Assembly: GCA_016177405.1 (NCBI GenBank)
Contig: JACOVG010000032.1
Coordinates: forward strand, 1 to 58,626
DNA from: Candidatus Omnitrophota bacterium
Lineage (GTDB): Bacteria; Omnitrophota; Gorgyraeia; 1-14-0-20-64-10
Direction of reading: 5' to 3'
DNA length: 58,626 bases
Position numbers and translations under genes: made by a program
The notes under the pieces: model-generated
Database searches by the model: none
Seen by the model: the letters and a program-made list of their open reading frames with translations, nothing else
What the model was told of the DNA's origin: nothing
Shown: in pieces, positions 29,947 to 38,697 of the stretch
Layout: each line of letters opens with the position of its first letter
Numbering within the stretch: position 1 is the stretch's first letter

Positions 29947-31020
29947 TTACTGTTTCAGTTTCTCCTGAATCTGCCGGATCTTCGCTCTGATATCCTCCAT
30001 CTTGCTCCTTAAACGTTCGATCTCCCCGGGATCGGTGAGGTTGGGCAGGAGCTTTTCCAACTCCAAAAAGCGGGCTTCAGACATGGCGAGGGCTCGTGTC
30101 AATTTCTCGCGAGGCAGATTCTCCACGTCAAGCTCCTCAACATCAAGCTCCCCAACCTCCTCCTCGCTTTTAACACCCTCACCAGAACCTTCACCTTTCT
30201 CTTGGTCTTCCCCTTCACCAGAGGGCTCAACCGTTTCCCCTCCAGCAGTGGGTTCAGCCGTTTCTCCTCCCACAGAGGGCTCAACCGTTTCCCCTCCAGC
30301 AGTGGGTTCAGCCGTTCTCCCTTCACCAAAAGCGCTAATTCCCTGACCCACCTTGGGTAGAACGTTAACTCCCGTGGGCGGTGAAGGGTCCCCTTCGCCG
30401 CCCGGCTGCACCCAAACCCCGCTCTCCCCAGCCGGAGAGGTGACGACGGCCGCTGTCTCACTTTTGTGGCGAAACTCCGGGCCGCCGGCCTCGCTTGATT
30501 CCAAAACCAGTGTTTTATCCTTGTTGTTGGGGTCCAGGAGGTAGGAGAGGGGTTTGCCCTGAAATTCTCCGGCAATTTCATAAGACCTCCCGCCCACCGG
30601 TTGATCGCTGGCGTTAAATCCGGTCGGGAAAACCTTGTCGTTGGGACACCTCAAGACCTTCAAATCCCGGTTGTAGTAGCGTCCCGGCAGATGCTGCGCC
30701 TCCGCCGTGGGCAGCCCGAACGCTTGGCTAAAAAGATCTCCCGCGAAAACCAGCATCGTATAGGGCCGCTTGCCGTTGGTCACCAGGGCAAAGGCCCGGT
30801 CCATGTCCCTCGAGCGCAGGTCGCTCAAGGAACCCGGCAAGGCGCTGGTGTCATACGCGTAGATCTTGACGGCCGCCGCCAGAACCTTCTGGTTGGTGGC
30901 GTCCACCATCATCGCCACGCGATCCTGGTAACCCCGGTAGCTGACCAGGGCAACAGAAGTCAGGATTCCTAGGACAATGACCGCAATGAGGATTTCCAAC
31001 ATGGTAAAACCGCGTTTCAT
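29947..31020 (-). CDS. prepilin-type N-terminal protein with an acidic repetitive tail
   Basis: MKRG|FTMLEILIAVIVLGILTSVAL; Glu/Gly/Pro repeats and a C-terminal coiled coil. Confidence 0.8.
   Translation of the reverse strand: MKRGFTMLEILIAVIVLGILTSVALVSYRGYQDRVAMMVDATNQKVLAAAVKIYAYDTSALPGSLSDLRSRDMDRAFALVTNGKRPYTMLVFAGDLFSQAFGLPTAEAQHLPGRYYNRDLKVLRCPNDKVFPTGFNASDQPVGGRSYEIAGEFQGKPLSYLLDPNNKDKTLVLESSEAGGPEFRHKSETAAVVTSPAGESGVWVQPGGEGDPSPPTGVNVLPKVGQGISAFGEGRTAEPTAGGETVEPSVGGETAEPTAGGETVEPSGEGEDQEKGEGSGEGVKSEEEVGELDVEELDVENLPREKLTRALAMSEARFLELEKLLPNLTDPGEIERLRSKMEDIRAKIRQIQEKLKQ
30219..30316 (-). repeat. 54-bp tandem duplication (18 aa, TAEPTAGGETVEPS) within the pilin-like gene
   Basis: CAGAGGGCTCAACCGTTTCCCCTCCAGCAGTGGGTTCAGCCGTT at 30219 and 30273. 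Confidence 0.9.
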
Positions 31021-31044
31021 GGCTTTTGACCCCCCTTTTTATCA

Positions 31045-31107
31045 ACCATACCCGCTTTTCATGTGGAATGTCAAGCCTTTGACCCCCCCAAGCTTATGTG
31101 GTAAGCT
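31045..31107. promoter_or_regulatory. back-to-back divergent sigma70-like promoters
   Basis: - strand TTGACA-18-TATGGT (31074-31045); + strand TTGACC-17-TAAGCT (31079-31107). Confidence 0.55.
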
Positions 31108-31131
31108 TGGCCCTAGAACCCCAAACCGCAT

Positions 31132-33501
31132 ATGAAGTTACGAGATGAGCACCCGGTAAGGCTTCTTTTTCTGGCGCTTAGCCTGTCGATCATCTACGTC
31201 GGGATACTGATCCCCGCCGGTTTCCTGGAAAGCGCGCGGCTCAAATCGTACGACGCCTATTGCAAAGGGCGCAATGGGCTCCTCGCCCCTCCGGCCCAGA
31301 CGCAGCAGATCCTCCTCATCACCGTGGATGAGGAATCCCAGCGTAAGCTGGGAAAGAAATGGCCCTGGGACCGCGGCGTTTTCGCCGAATTCCTCACCCA
31401 GTTGTCTCCACACGAACCCCGGATGGTCATTTTCGACTTCGCCTTCTCCGGAACCAGCGCTCTCCTCCACGATCAAGCCCTCGCCAAGGCGATTCAAAAA
31501 GGCCCGCCCACCATTCTCGCGTCCTACCTGGACCGGCATGGCGACCCCGTCTTTCCGCTGCCCCTGCTGACCGAAGCCGGAGCCTTGACCGGCATGATCA
31601 ACAAGCCCCGGGACGCGGATCATACCGTCCGTCGGCTGTGGGCCGCCATGAGGACCCCGATGCGGCAGGAGCCCCTCTACGCGATAGAGATCAAGGCGGC
31701 GGCGTTGATCCAAGGAATTCCGGACGACCAGATTCAACTGAACCGCCAGCTTGCCCTGGGAACCCGCCAGGTTCCCCTGGAGCCGCCTGGAGCCCTTCGC
31801 ATCAACTACCTGACCAGCCCTTCACAGATTGCCACCTTTCCATTCTGGAAGGTGATTCAAAACAAGGTCCCCGCTGAAGCCATCCGGGGGAAGATCATCC
31901 TGGTGGGCTCGGCCAGCGAGATCACCCACGACATCTATCCCACGCCGCTGGGCCTCATGCCGGGGGTGGTCCTCTCCGCCAACGGGATCCTGACCCTCTT
32001 GACCGAGCGCTTCATCCATCCGCTTCCTCTTTGGTCCTCCTTGGCTGCCAGCTTTCTGGGCGTGGCGGTAATCCTCCTGTGGACCTACGGGAGCCGGTTC
32101 TGGCCGGGGCTCCTGGCATCCTTAGCGGGCATGGGGATCGCCTCCGGCCTGGGATTCCTTTTGTTTACCCTCGGCTTTCAGGCCGAGTCCATGAGCATCG
32201 TCTTCCTGGGCCTTGGGGCCTGGATGATCGGGGCGATGTACAAATATCTCCTGCTGGCCAAGGCGGCCTTGGCGCTCCACCGTCAGGCGATCACCGAACC
32301 GGTCAGCGGCGTCTTCACCGGAACCTTCTTTAAACTGCGCCTGGAGGCCTCCTGGACGCAGGCCCAGAAGGGCAGGGGCCATTCGCTTTCCCTCCTCTTG
32401 ATTCAGACAACGCCCTTGGCTTCCAGGGTTCAAGAAAAGTCCTGGGAAGAGGCCAAGGCGCAGACCCGGTCTTTCTCCTCCTGCCTGCAGAGGCTCCGGC
32501 CGCCCAATTCCCTGGTGGGAACTCTTTTGGATGGGACCTTCGGGATGCTGGCGCCTCATCTGTCCTTGCCGAAGGCCCAGGAGCTTGCCCAGCGGCTCAA
32601 GGAAGAACTCCAGGCTCAAGTCCCCGGGAAAGCGGCCATCGGCCTGGCCTGCACAGGGGCCGCCTCTTTCTCCGGCCCGGAGCAGCTGCTGCGAAGCGCC
32701 CAAGCCGCCTTGACCAGGGCCTGGGAGAACCTGGGGTTCAACATCGTCGTTTACGATCCGTCCGTCGACCAGGTCAGGGCCGTCGAGGAAAAAGCGGGTG
32801 CCCAAGCTCAAACCTCCGGCCTCTCCTATGTCGCCTCGGAGATGGAGGAGAGAAACCGGGCCCTGGAAAAGGCCCTCTCCGAGCTTAGGACGGCTCACCA
32901 GGAGCTCGAGTCCACTTTTCTGGATGTCACCAAAACCCTTGTCATGGCCATGGAAACCAAGGATGTTTATACCGCGGGCCACCTGGAGAGGGTCTCCCGC
33001 TACGCCACCCGGCTGGCCCAAGCCCTTCAATTACCCAAGGAGGAGGTGGAGGCGGTCCGGGAGGCGGCCCTGCTGCATGACATCGGCAAGATCGGCCTGC
33101 CCGATGAGGTCCTTCATAAGGTGGGCAAGCTCACCGAGGAGGAGATGGGGGTGATCAAACAGCACCTGGCCATCGGCGCCAAGATCCTGGAGCCGATGAA
33201 ATTCTTCAAATCGATCACCACCCTCATCTACCACCACCACGAATGGTACAACGGCCAGGGCTACCCCCACGGCCTGGCGGGCGACTTCATCCCGGCCGGC
33301 GCCCAGATCATCACCATCGCCGATTCCTTTGACGCCATGACCACCCACCGCGGCTACAACAAGCCCCTGTCCCCTCAAGAAGCCACCGCCGAACTGAAGA
33401 GAGGGGCCCACACCCAGTTCAATCCCGTTTACGTTGAGAAGTTCGCCGAATTGATCGCCCTGGAAGGCCCCCACTTGGCAGGTTACGCTCCTCCCTCCTG
33501 A
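31132..33501 (+). CDS. CHASE2 - 3 TM - degenerate GGDEF - HD-GYP cyclic di-GMP phosphodiesterase
   Basis: CHASE2 motifs (DEES..GKKWPWDR, DADHTVRR, GKIILVG, TPLGLMPGV); HDIGKI, HHEWYNGQGYP. Confidence 0.85.
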   Translation: MKLRDEHPVRLLFLALSLSIIYVGILIPAGFLESARLKSYDAYCKGRNGLLAPPAQTQQILLITVDEESQRKLGKKWPWDRGVFAEFLTQLSPHEPRMVIFDFAFSGTSALLHDQALAKAIQKGPPTILASYLDRHGDPVFPLPLLTEAGALTGMINKPRDADHTVRRLWAAMRTPMRQEPLYAIEIKAAALIQGIPDDQIQLNRQLALGTRQVPLEPPGALRINYLTSPSQIATFPFWKVIQNKVPAEAIRGKIILVGSASEITHDIYPTPLGLMPGVVLSANGILTLLTERFIHPLPLWSSLAASFLGVAVILLWTYGSRFWPGLLASLAGMGIASGLGFLLFTLGFQAESMSIVFLGLGAWMIGAMYKYLLLAKAALALHRQAITEPVSGVFTGTFFKLRLEASWTQAQKGRGHSLSLLLIQTTPLASRVQEKSWEEAKAQTRSFSSCLQRLRPPNSLVGTLLDGTFGMLAPHLSLPKAQELAQRLKEELQAQVPGKAAIGLACTGAASFSGPEQLLRSAQAALTRAWENLGFNIVVYDPSVDQVRAVEEKAGAQAQTSGLSYVASEMEERNRALEKALSELRTAHQELESTFLDVTKTLVMAMETKDVYTAGHLERVSRYATRLAQALQLPKEEVEAVREAALLHDIGKIGLPDEVLHKVGKLTEEEMGVIKQHLAIGAKILEPMKFFKSITTLIYHHHEWYNGQGYPHGLAGDFIPAGAQIITIADSFDAMTTHRGYNKPLSPQEATAELKRGAHTQFNPVYVEKFAELIALEGPHLAGYAPPS

Positions 33502-34649
33502 TGCCGTCAGGGCAGGGGCCGGCAGAACAGCTGACCCTGGAGGTGAAAAGGGAGGCGCTGCGCTTAGGGTTTGCTTCCGTTGGCATAGCCCCTCCCGCCG
33601 CCCTAACCCAAAGAAACGCCGAGCTTGCCCGCTGGATCGTCTCGGGCTTTTCTGGGCGGATGACCTACATGGAGAAGTTCCTGGAGCGCCAGGAGAAGCT
33701 TCTGGCCGGATTCCAGGATTTAAGAAGCCTTGTGGTCTTGGCCGTCTCGTACCAGCCTTCCAACCCCTCGAGGCGCGCGGCTGCCACTGACGAAAACTGC
33801 GCTACCAAACCCTCCGGGCGCGTGGCCCGCTACGCCTGGGGCCGGGATTATCATAAGGCAATCCGTAAACGGCTCAAGCACTTGGAGGCCTTTCTGAAAA
33901 TCCAGCGTCCGGGGGTCCGGACCCTGGCCAGTGTCGACACGGCGCCCCTTCCGGAAAGAGCCCTGGCCCAAGCGGCCGGTTTGGGGTTCTTCGGAAAGAA
34001 TACCTGCCTGATCCGCCCCAAGGGAGGCTCTTACTTCTTTCTATCGGCTCTGCTAACAAATCTGGAGCTTACCCCGGATAAGCCGATCTCCTGGGACTGT
34101 GGCGCCTGCACCCTGTGCCTTCAGGCCTGTCCAACCCAGGCCCTGGCCAAACCCTACGAGCTGGACGCCAGGCGCTGCATCGCTTACCTCACCATCGAGC
34201 TTCGGGGACCGATAGAACCTACCCTAAGGCCGCTGGTGGGCAGATGGCTCTTCGGATGCGACATATGCCAGGAGGTCTGCCCCTACAACGCCCCAAGCCC
34301 ATCCAGGGGCACGCAGAGCCCGGAAACCGGCCCCTGGAGCGAATTCAACCAGGAATCCGGGGCAGGGGCTGCCTTGCCCCTCAACAAGGTCCTGGGCCTA
34401 AGATCGGAAGAGGACTTCCTGAAGCAGTTTGCCGGTACTCCACTTACGAGGCCCAAGCGGGAGGGCCTCTTGCGAAACGCCTGCACCGTGGCAGGGAACC
34501 TTAAAGAGCCATCTTTGGTCAACCCTCTTAAGGCCTGCCTTGAGGAAGATCCTTCTGCCTTGGTGCGAGATCAAGCCGCCTGGGCGCTCAACCAGATTGC
34601 CTCTGCGGTGCACTCGGCTGCCCCACAGCCAGCAAGAATACCGCCCTAG
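33501..34649 (+). CDS. queG: epoxyqueuosine reductase
   Basis: YAWGRDYH, VDTAP..ER, GFFGKN, CGACTLC..CPT, FGCDICQEVCP, C-terminal HEAT repeat. Confidence 0.93.
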   Translation: MPSGQGPAEQLTLEVKREALRLGFASVGIAPPAALTQRNAELARWIVSGFSGRMTYMEKFLERQEKLLAGFQDLRSLVVLAVSYQPSNPSRRAAATDENCATKPSGRVARYAWGRDYHKAIRKRLKHLEAFLKIQRPGVRTLASVDTAPLPERALAQAAGLGFFGKNTCLIRPKGGSYFFLSALLTNLELTPDKPISWDCGACTLCLQACPTQALAKPYELDARRCIAYLTIELRGPIEPTLRPLVGRWLFGCDICQEVCPYNAPSPSRGTQSPETGPWSEFNQESGAGAALPLNKVLGLRSEEDFLKQFAGTPLTRPKREGLLRNACTVAGNLKEPSLVNPLKACLEEDPSALVRDQAAWALNQIASAVHSAAPQPARIPP

Positions 34650-34696
34650 CCCCTTCCTGCCAGTCGCCTAATCCGGGCCGTCGTCCCATACGGGTA

Positions 34697-34724
34697 ATGT
34701 CCGATAATAGATCTTATGTTAATA
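34697..34724 (+). other. dif-like XerCD chromosome dimer resolution site
   Basis: ATGTCCGATAA-TAGATC-TTATGTTAATA: 11-6-11 layout, XerD arm matches TTATGTTAAAT at 9/11; lies at the gene-strand switch. Confidence 0.8.
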
Positions 34725-34922
34725 TTAACGTGCTCAAAAAAGGCTGTTTAACCTTTGGCTTCCCTTAGGGTTCCAAGCTCCTCACAAACCGGCTGTGGAT
34801 AAGACTAAGTTTACCAGCGAGGCTTCCAGACTGTACCAGGGTAAAAGCGGGCGGCGGCCCCACCCCTTAGGCTATCGACTAAGAAAGTGGGCATAAAAAA
34901 TCCCCTCGTTCTTACGCGACAA

Positions 34923-35030
34923 TCAACCCTGCAGAACGATCGCCCGAACGAGGGCGCCCAGCACCAGGCCTATCAGGATCCCCCTGTAAAGAGCCTGGTT
35001 TGGGTTAAAGTCAAACCACGGAGCCATCAT
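34923..35030 (-). CDS. putative 35-aa membrane peptide MMAPWFDFNPNQALYRGILIGLVLGALVRAIVLQG
   Basis: manual translation; promoter TTGACG-18-TAAAAT (35085-35056) upstream; hairpin plus T6 downstream; weak SD. Confidence 0.45.
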   Translation of the reverse strand: MMAPWFDFNPNQALYRGILIGLVLGALVRAIVLQG

Positions 35031-35090
35031 GGGCAGGATGCGTTAACTCACAGCCATTTTAGGGCAGATTCCCCAATCCCGTCAAGGAGA

Positions 35091-35137
35091 TAAAAAGCCC
35101 TCTTTGCGCCTTGGTCGTCCGGCGGCAAAGAGGGCTT
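35091..35137 (-). terminator. intrinsic terminator after the 49-aa ORF
   Basis: AAGCCCTCTTTGC...GCAAAGAGGGCTT inverted repeat ending in a T run on the - strand. Confidence 0.75.
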
Positions 35138-35168
35138 CTCTTGGGAAACCTGGTGAAGCGTCAGCTCG

Positions 35169-35318
35169 TTAGCGGAGGCCGAGGAACTTGAGCCCGAAAA
35201 CAACCGCTAGGATCACGAGCAGCAGCGGAACATACGTCGCAAGATGCGTCGCATAGATCCCGCCGATGACAGCTCCGATAAGGATCCCGGTCAGCAAATC
35301 CACGTGCTCACCTTTCAT
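35169..35318 (-). CDS. 49-aa two-TM membrane protein MKGEHVDLLTGILIGAVIGGIYATHLATYVPLLLVILAVVFGLKFLGLR
   Basis: manual translation; strong SD GAAAGGGGGTGA; promoter TTGTTT-17-TATACT upstream; terminator downstream. Confidence 0.75.
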   Translation of the reverse strand: MKGEHVDLLTGILIGAVIGGIYATHLATYVPLLLVILAVVFGLKFLGLR

Positions 35319-35384
35319 CCTCGTTCACCCCCTTTCCGAGAAGGCGCGTAAGTGGCGACCAACCACAGCCTCCTCTAAACGCCC

Positions 35385-35423
35385 AAAAACCCTCACTCCC
35401 TGAAAATTCCAAGGAATGAGGGT
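35385..35423 (-). terminator. terminator-like hairpin upstream of the 49-aa ORF
   Basis: ACCCTCATTCCTTG-GAATTTT-CAGGGAGTGAGGGT-TTTT on the - strand. Confidence 0.65.
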
Positions 35424-35626
35424 CTCTCAACCTTCCATAGCAAGTATACCTGCCCTACCCAACCAAAACAAGGCCCCCTTCCCTAACCTTCAGCAAAACA
35501 AGGGGTTGCGCATATCATTATTCTTGCCTCCGACCAAGAAGAGACGAATTCAGCCAAATCAAAACTGTAACCTATTGAACTAAAATGAGTTAAGAATATA
35601 CTTGTAACCCTCTATGATAGAATATG

Positions 35627-36301
35627 TTACAGATTTGAAGCGGGCGAGGTTTCCAGGGAGAGCTTCCCAAGATTTTTCAAGGGACACCGGTGGCATTTGG
35701 GATGGGTTCGACAGAGGTTTTTTCCGAGGGCGACGATCAAGGCGTGATACTCGTTAAAGTAAGAGGCCTTGTGAGGAAGGTTCTCCATGAAGAGGGATTG
35801 GATCTCCTCGTACGAAGCCTTCCAGGATACCCAGCCATGCCGGGCCATAAAGCGCCTGGTGTAGGCATCCACCACGAAAATCGGTTTCTCCAAAGCGTAG
35901 AGGAGAATGCTGTCGGCCGTCTCGGGCCCCACCCCGTGGAGCGCCAAAAGCTCCACCCGCAGCCCATTCAGCGGGAGGCCCCGCATCCGACCAAGCGCCC
36001 CGCCATAATGCCGGTTTAGATATCGGATGAAACCCTTTAATTTCTTCGCCTTTTGGTTGAAGTAGCCGGAGGAGCGGATGAGCCCGGCCAGTTTTCTCCG
36101 AGGCAATCTCTCCAACTTGCGTGGGTCAAGAAGATGCCCCGCTTTCAACCGCTCCACAGCCTTGGAGGCATTGGCCCAGGCGGTGTTCTGCGTCAGGATC
36201 GCCCCCACCGCCACCTCAAAAGGGGTTTCTCCGGGCCACCAATGCTGCGCTCCAAAAACGGCGAAGAGCCTCCGGTAGATGGCCCGAAGCGTTCTCTTCA
36301 T
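35627..36301 (-). CDS. HhH-GPD DNA glycosylase, endonuclease III-related
   Basis: WWPGETPFEV..GAILTQNTAW, GVGPETADSILLY, FVVDAY, C-terminal Cys cluster; Glu replaces the lyase Lys. Confidence 0.85.
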   Translation of the reverse strand: MKRTLRAIYRRLFAVFGAQHWWPGETPFEVAVGAILTQNTAWANASKAVERLKAGHLLDPRKLERLPRRKLAGLIRSSGYFNQKAKKLKGFIRYLNRHYGGALGRMRGLPLNGLRVELLALHGVGPETADSILLYALEKPIFVVDAYTRRFMARHGWVSWKASYEEIQSLFMENLPHKASYFNEYHALIVALGKNLCRTHPKCHRCPLKNLGKLSLETSPASNL

Positions 36302-38697
36302 GCCGGACGAAGGGTCATCCTGGTCCAGCTTTGGCCCACCGAGATCCGCACAGAAAGCGGCGGCGTCACAGAAACCGCTTTTTCCATCTCCTCCCGCGCC
36401 AGTCCAGACACCCTCTCCTCCTCCGGCTCTGGAAGTTCCAGGAGAAAGCCATCCGGCAGGAGAAAGATCACCTTCGCTTGAAACCCTTCATCCCTCAAGC
36501 GCCGGCTCACCCTTAAAAGCCCAAGCTTGATGACCTCCGCGCAGGAACCCTCCAGGGCCGTTTCCACCGCCTCCTCTTCAGCGGCCTGACGCAAGACGGG
36601 GTTGGCGCTGTTGATCTGCGGCAGGGCCCTTTCCCTTCCCAGGAAAAAGGTCCTCACCTTCCCTTCCCTCTTGGACTGGATCAGGAGGCTTCTGACAAAC
36701 TGGCCGGGATCCTTCCCGCTGGAAGCCAGCAGGCGGCCCTTCAGATCAAGATATTGGGCCTCCAGAAGAAGGCTCCCGGAGGGGGCCCGCGCCAGCCCCT
36801 TCAAGCCAAGATTCCATGAGCCGTTTTCCTCTTCAGAAAAGAACCGGCTCACCCGGATCCTCCCGGTCCCTGTGGCGGCCTGGTGGACCCCCAGGTAGAA
36901 GCGCCCTGTCTCGGGGTGGGTGTCCCTGGCCAGGACCGCGAGCCGTTCCTTGAGAAATCTTTTCCCCTCCTGGTAGTCCAGCAACTTCCCAACCGCCGGT
37001 TCACTAACGGCCGCCTTGGCCAGGGAGCTTCGGCTAAGGGAGGGCTGCTTGGCCCGGGTTTGATGGGGCAGCCGTATTCCTAAGCGCTGGGTCAAGACGC
37101 GCCGAATCTCTTTGGGAGAATCCAGGTCGAAGCGTTCGCCGACCGACTCAAAGATCTCCTGGGCAAGCCGCCCAAGCCGCTCCTGTGCCTCGCCCTTGAC
37201 CCTCTCGGCCTCCGCCAGGTCCACGGGCAGGCCTTCCGCTTCAACCCCGGAGAGAACCTCAACCAACGGCATCTCCACCTCATGAAAGATCCGCCCAGGC
37301 GCTCCGGCCGAGAGCTCGGGCAAGAAGCGCTCGTAAAGCTGAAAGGTGACATCGGCATCCTCGCAGGCATACTCGGCCACCCGGTCGATCTCGACGTAAG
37401 CCAGGCTTTCCTTATCGCCGGCCAGCTCCTTGAAAGGGATCATCTTGAACCCGAGGTAGGCCAAGGACAGGTCGTCCAGGGAGTGGCTGCGCCGGTCGGG
37501 ATGGATCAGATGGGAAGCCACCATCGTGTCAAACAGGGGCCCGGACACCGGAAGGCCCGCGTTTCCAAGGACCGCCAGGTCGAACTTGATGTTCTGCCCC
37601 GCCTTGACCCTGGAGGCATCGGCCAAAAGGGGCCCCAGCACCGGCCGGATCTCCTCCAGGGTTAGCTGCGCCGGAGCGCCGGCATAGACGTGCCCCACCG
37701 GAAGGTAAAAAGCCTTCCCCGGCCCGACCGCCAAGGAGATTCCCACCAGCCCCGCCCGCTTCACATCCAAACCGGTCGTCTCCGTGTCAATCCCGAAGGC
37801 GGCCGTTGACCTAAGAATTTCCGCGGTTTCTTTAAGATCCTCGGCCGTCAAAATCGTCCGGTAGGAAGTCTTATAAAGGTGGGCATGAACCAGGAGATCG
37901 GACAGGAGATCCGAGAACCCCGCCTCGGTGAACTGCCGGGTGACCTGTTCGGGCTCGGCCTCCGAGAGAACCAGCCGGTCCAGCAGATCCCGGCCGATAA
38001 GGGATGACTCGCAAACAATCGCCCGGCCCCTTCCCTGCCGGATCCGCTCTCTGGCTTCCCCCAACGCCTTTGCCAAGGCGGGGGGAAGCTCTTCCAGAGC
38101 CCCGAGGATTTTCTCGAGGCCCCCATATTGGGCCAAGAGCTTGGCGGCCCGCTTGGGACCGACTCCCTTGACGCCCGGAATCCCCTCCGCGTCATCCCCG
38201 ACCAAGGCAATCCTGTCGGGAATCTTTTCAGGCGGCACACCAAAGACCTTCAGGACCTGGTCCGGATCAAAACGGAGCTTTTCCCTGGCCGGATTAAGCA
38301 AGGTCACGTGAGGCCCGACCCATTGGAGGAAAACAGAGCGGGTGGTGACCAGCAAGGCGGGCATCCCCTTGCGCTTCGCCTGCTCCAGCAAGGGGAGGGC
38401 CAGGCCGGCCGCCGCGCAATCCCTGAACTCCAGGACTGGAATTCCCCCAACCGCAAGGAGCCTTCGGATCAGGGGAAGCTCTTTGGCAAGGTCGGCAGGC
38501 ATCTGGGTGGACCCCGCCTTGAGCTTGCCGTCGAAAAGAACGCCGACCCGCTCCGGCTTTTCCGTCTTGATCAGCTTTAGAACAAGGGCGATGAGGCGAT
38601 GGGCCGCCGACCGAAACCGTCCCTTCGCCCCCAACCGGGGCGAAACCGCGTAGTGGCACCAATTGGCGCAGGAAGGGGCGTCAACCAGGAGCAGCAT
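36298..38697 (-). CDS. DNA polymerase I homologue with a degenerate polymerase domain and intact 3'-5' exonuclease motifs
   Basis: H3TH GIPGVKGVGPKRA; ExoI DTET, ExoII NIKFD, ExoIII YACED present; motif A DYSQIELR altered to QYLDLKGR, fingers/motif B absent, motif C HDE altered to PDG. Confidence 0.8.
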   Translation of the reverse strand: MLLLVDAPSCANWCHYAVSPRLGAKGRFRSAAHRLIALVLKLIKTEKPERVGVLFDGKLKAGSTQMPADLAKELPLIRRLLAVGGIPVLEFRDCAAAGLALPLLEQAKRKGMPALLVTTRSVFLQWVGPHVTLLNPAREKLRFDPDQVLKVFGVPPEKIPDRIALVGDDAEGIPGVKGVGPKRAAKLLAQYGGLEKILGALEELPPALAKALGEARERIRQGRGRAIVCESSLIGRDLLDRLVLSEAEPEQVTRQFTEAGFSDLLSDLLVHAHLYKTSYRTILTAEDLKETAEILRSTAAFGIDTETTGLDVKRAGLVGISLAVGPGKAFYLPVGHVYAGAPAQLTLEEIRPVLGPLLADASRVKAGQNIKFDLAVLGNAGLPVSGPLFDTMVASHLIHPDRRSHSLDDLSLAYLGFKMIPFKELAGDKESLAYVEIDRVAEYACEDADVTFQLYERFLPELSAGAPGRIFHEVEMPLVEVLSGVEAEGLPVDLAEAERVKGEAQERLGRLAQEIFESVGERFDLDSPKEIRRVLTQRLGIRLPHQTRAKQPSLSRSSLAKAAVSEPAVGKLLDYQEGKRFLKERLAVLARDTHPETGRFYLGVHQAATGTGRIRVSRFFSEEENGSWNLGLKGLARAPSGSLLLEAQYLDLKGRLLASSGKDPGQFVRSLLIQSKREGKVRTFFLGRERALPQINSANPVLRQAAEEEAVETALEGSCAEVIKLGLLRVSRRLRDEGFQAKVIFLLPDGFLLELPEPEEERVSGLAREEMEKAVSVTPPLSVRISVGQSWTRMTLRPA

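Noticed and set aside
34794-34802. Perfect DnaA box (TTATCCACA on the - strand) in an AT-rich gap, suggesting oriC
   Set aside because: Single box, no dnaA/dnaN nearby, genes converge rather than diverge here, and a dif-like site is adjacent
34887-35093. 68-aa + strand ORF from the track
   Set aside because: No SD or recognisable features; antisense to a better-supported small ORF and its promoter
36298-38697. polA as an ordinary DNA polymerase I or a plain pseudogene
   Set aside because: Polymerase catalytic motifs are missing, yet there are no stops or frameshifts and the exonuclease motifs are selectively kept
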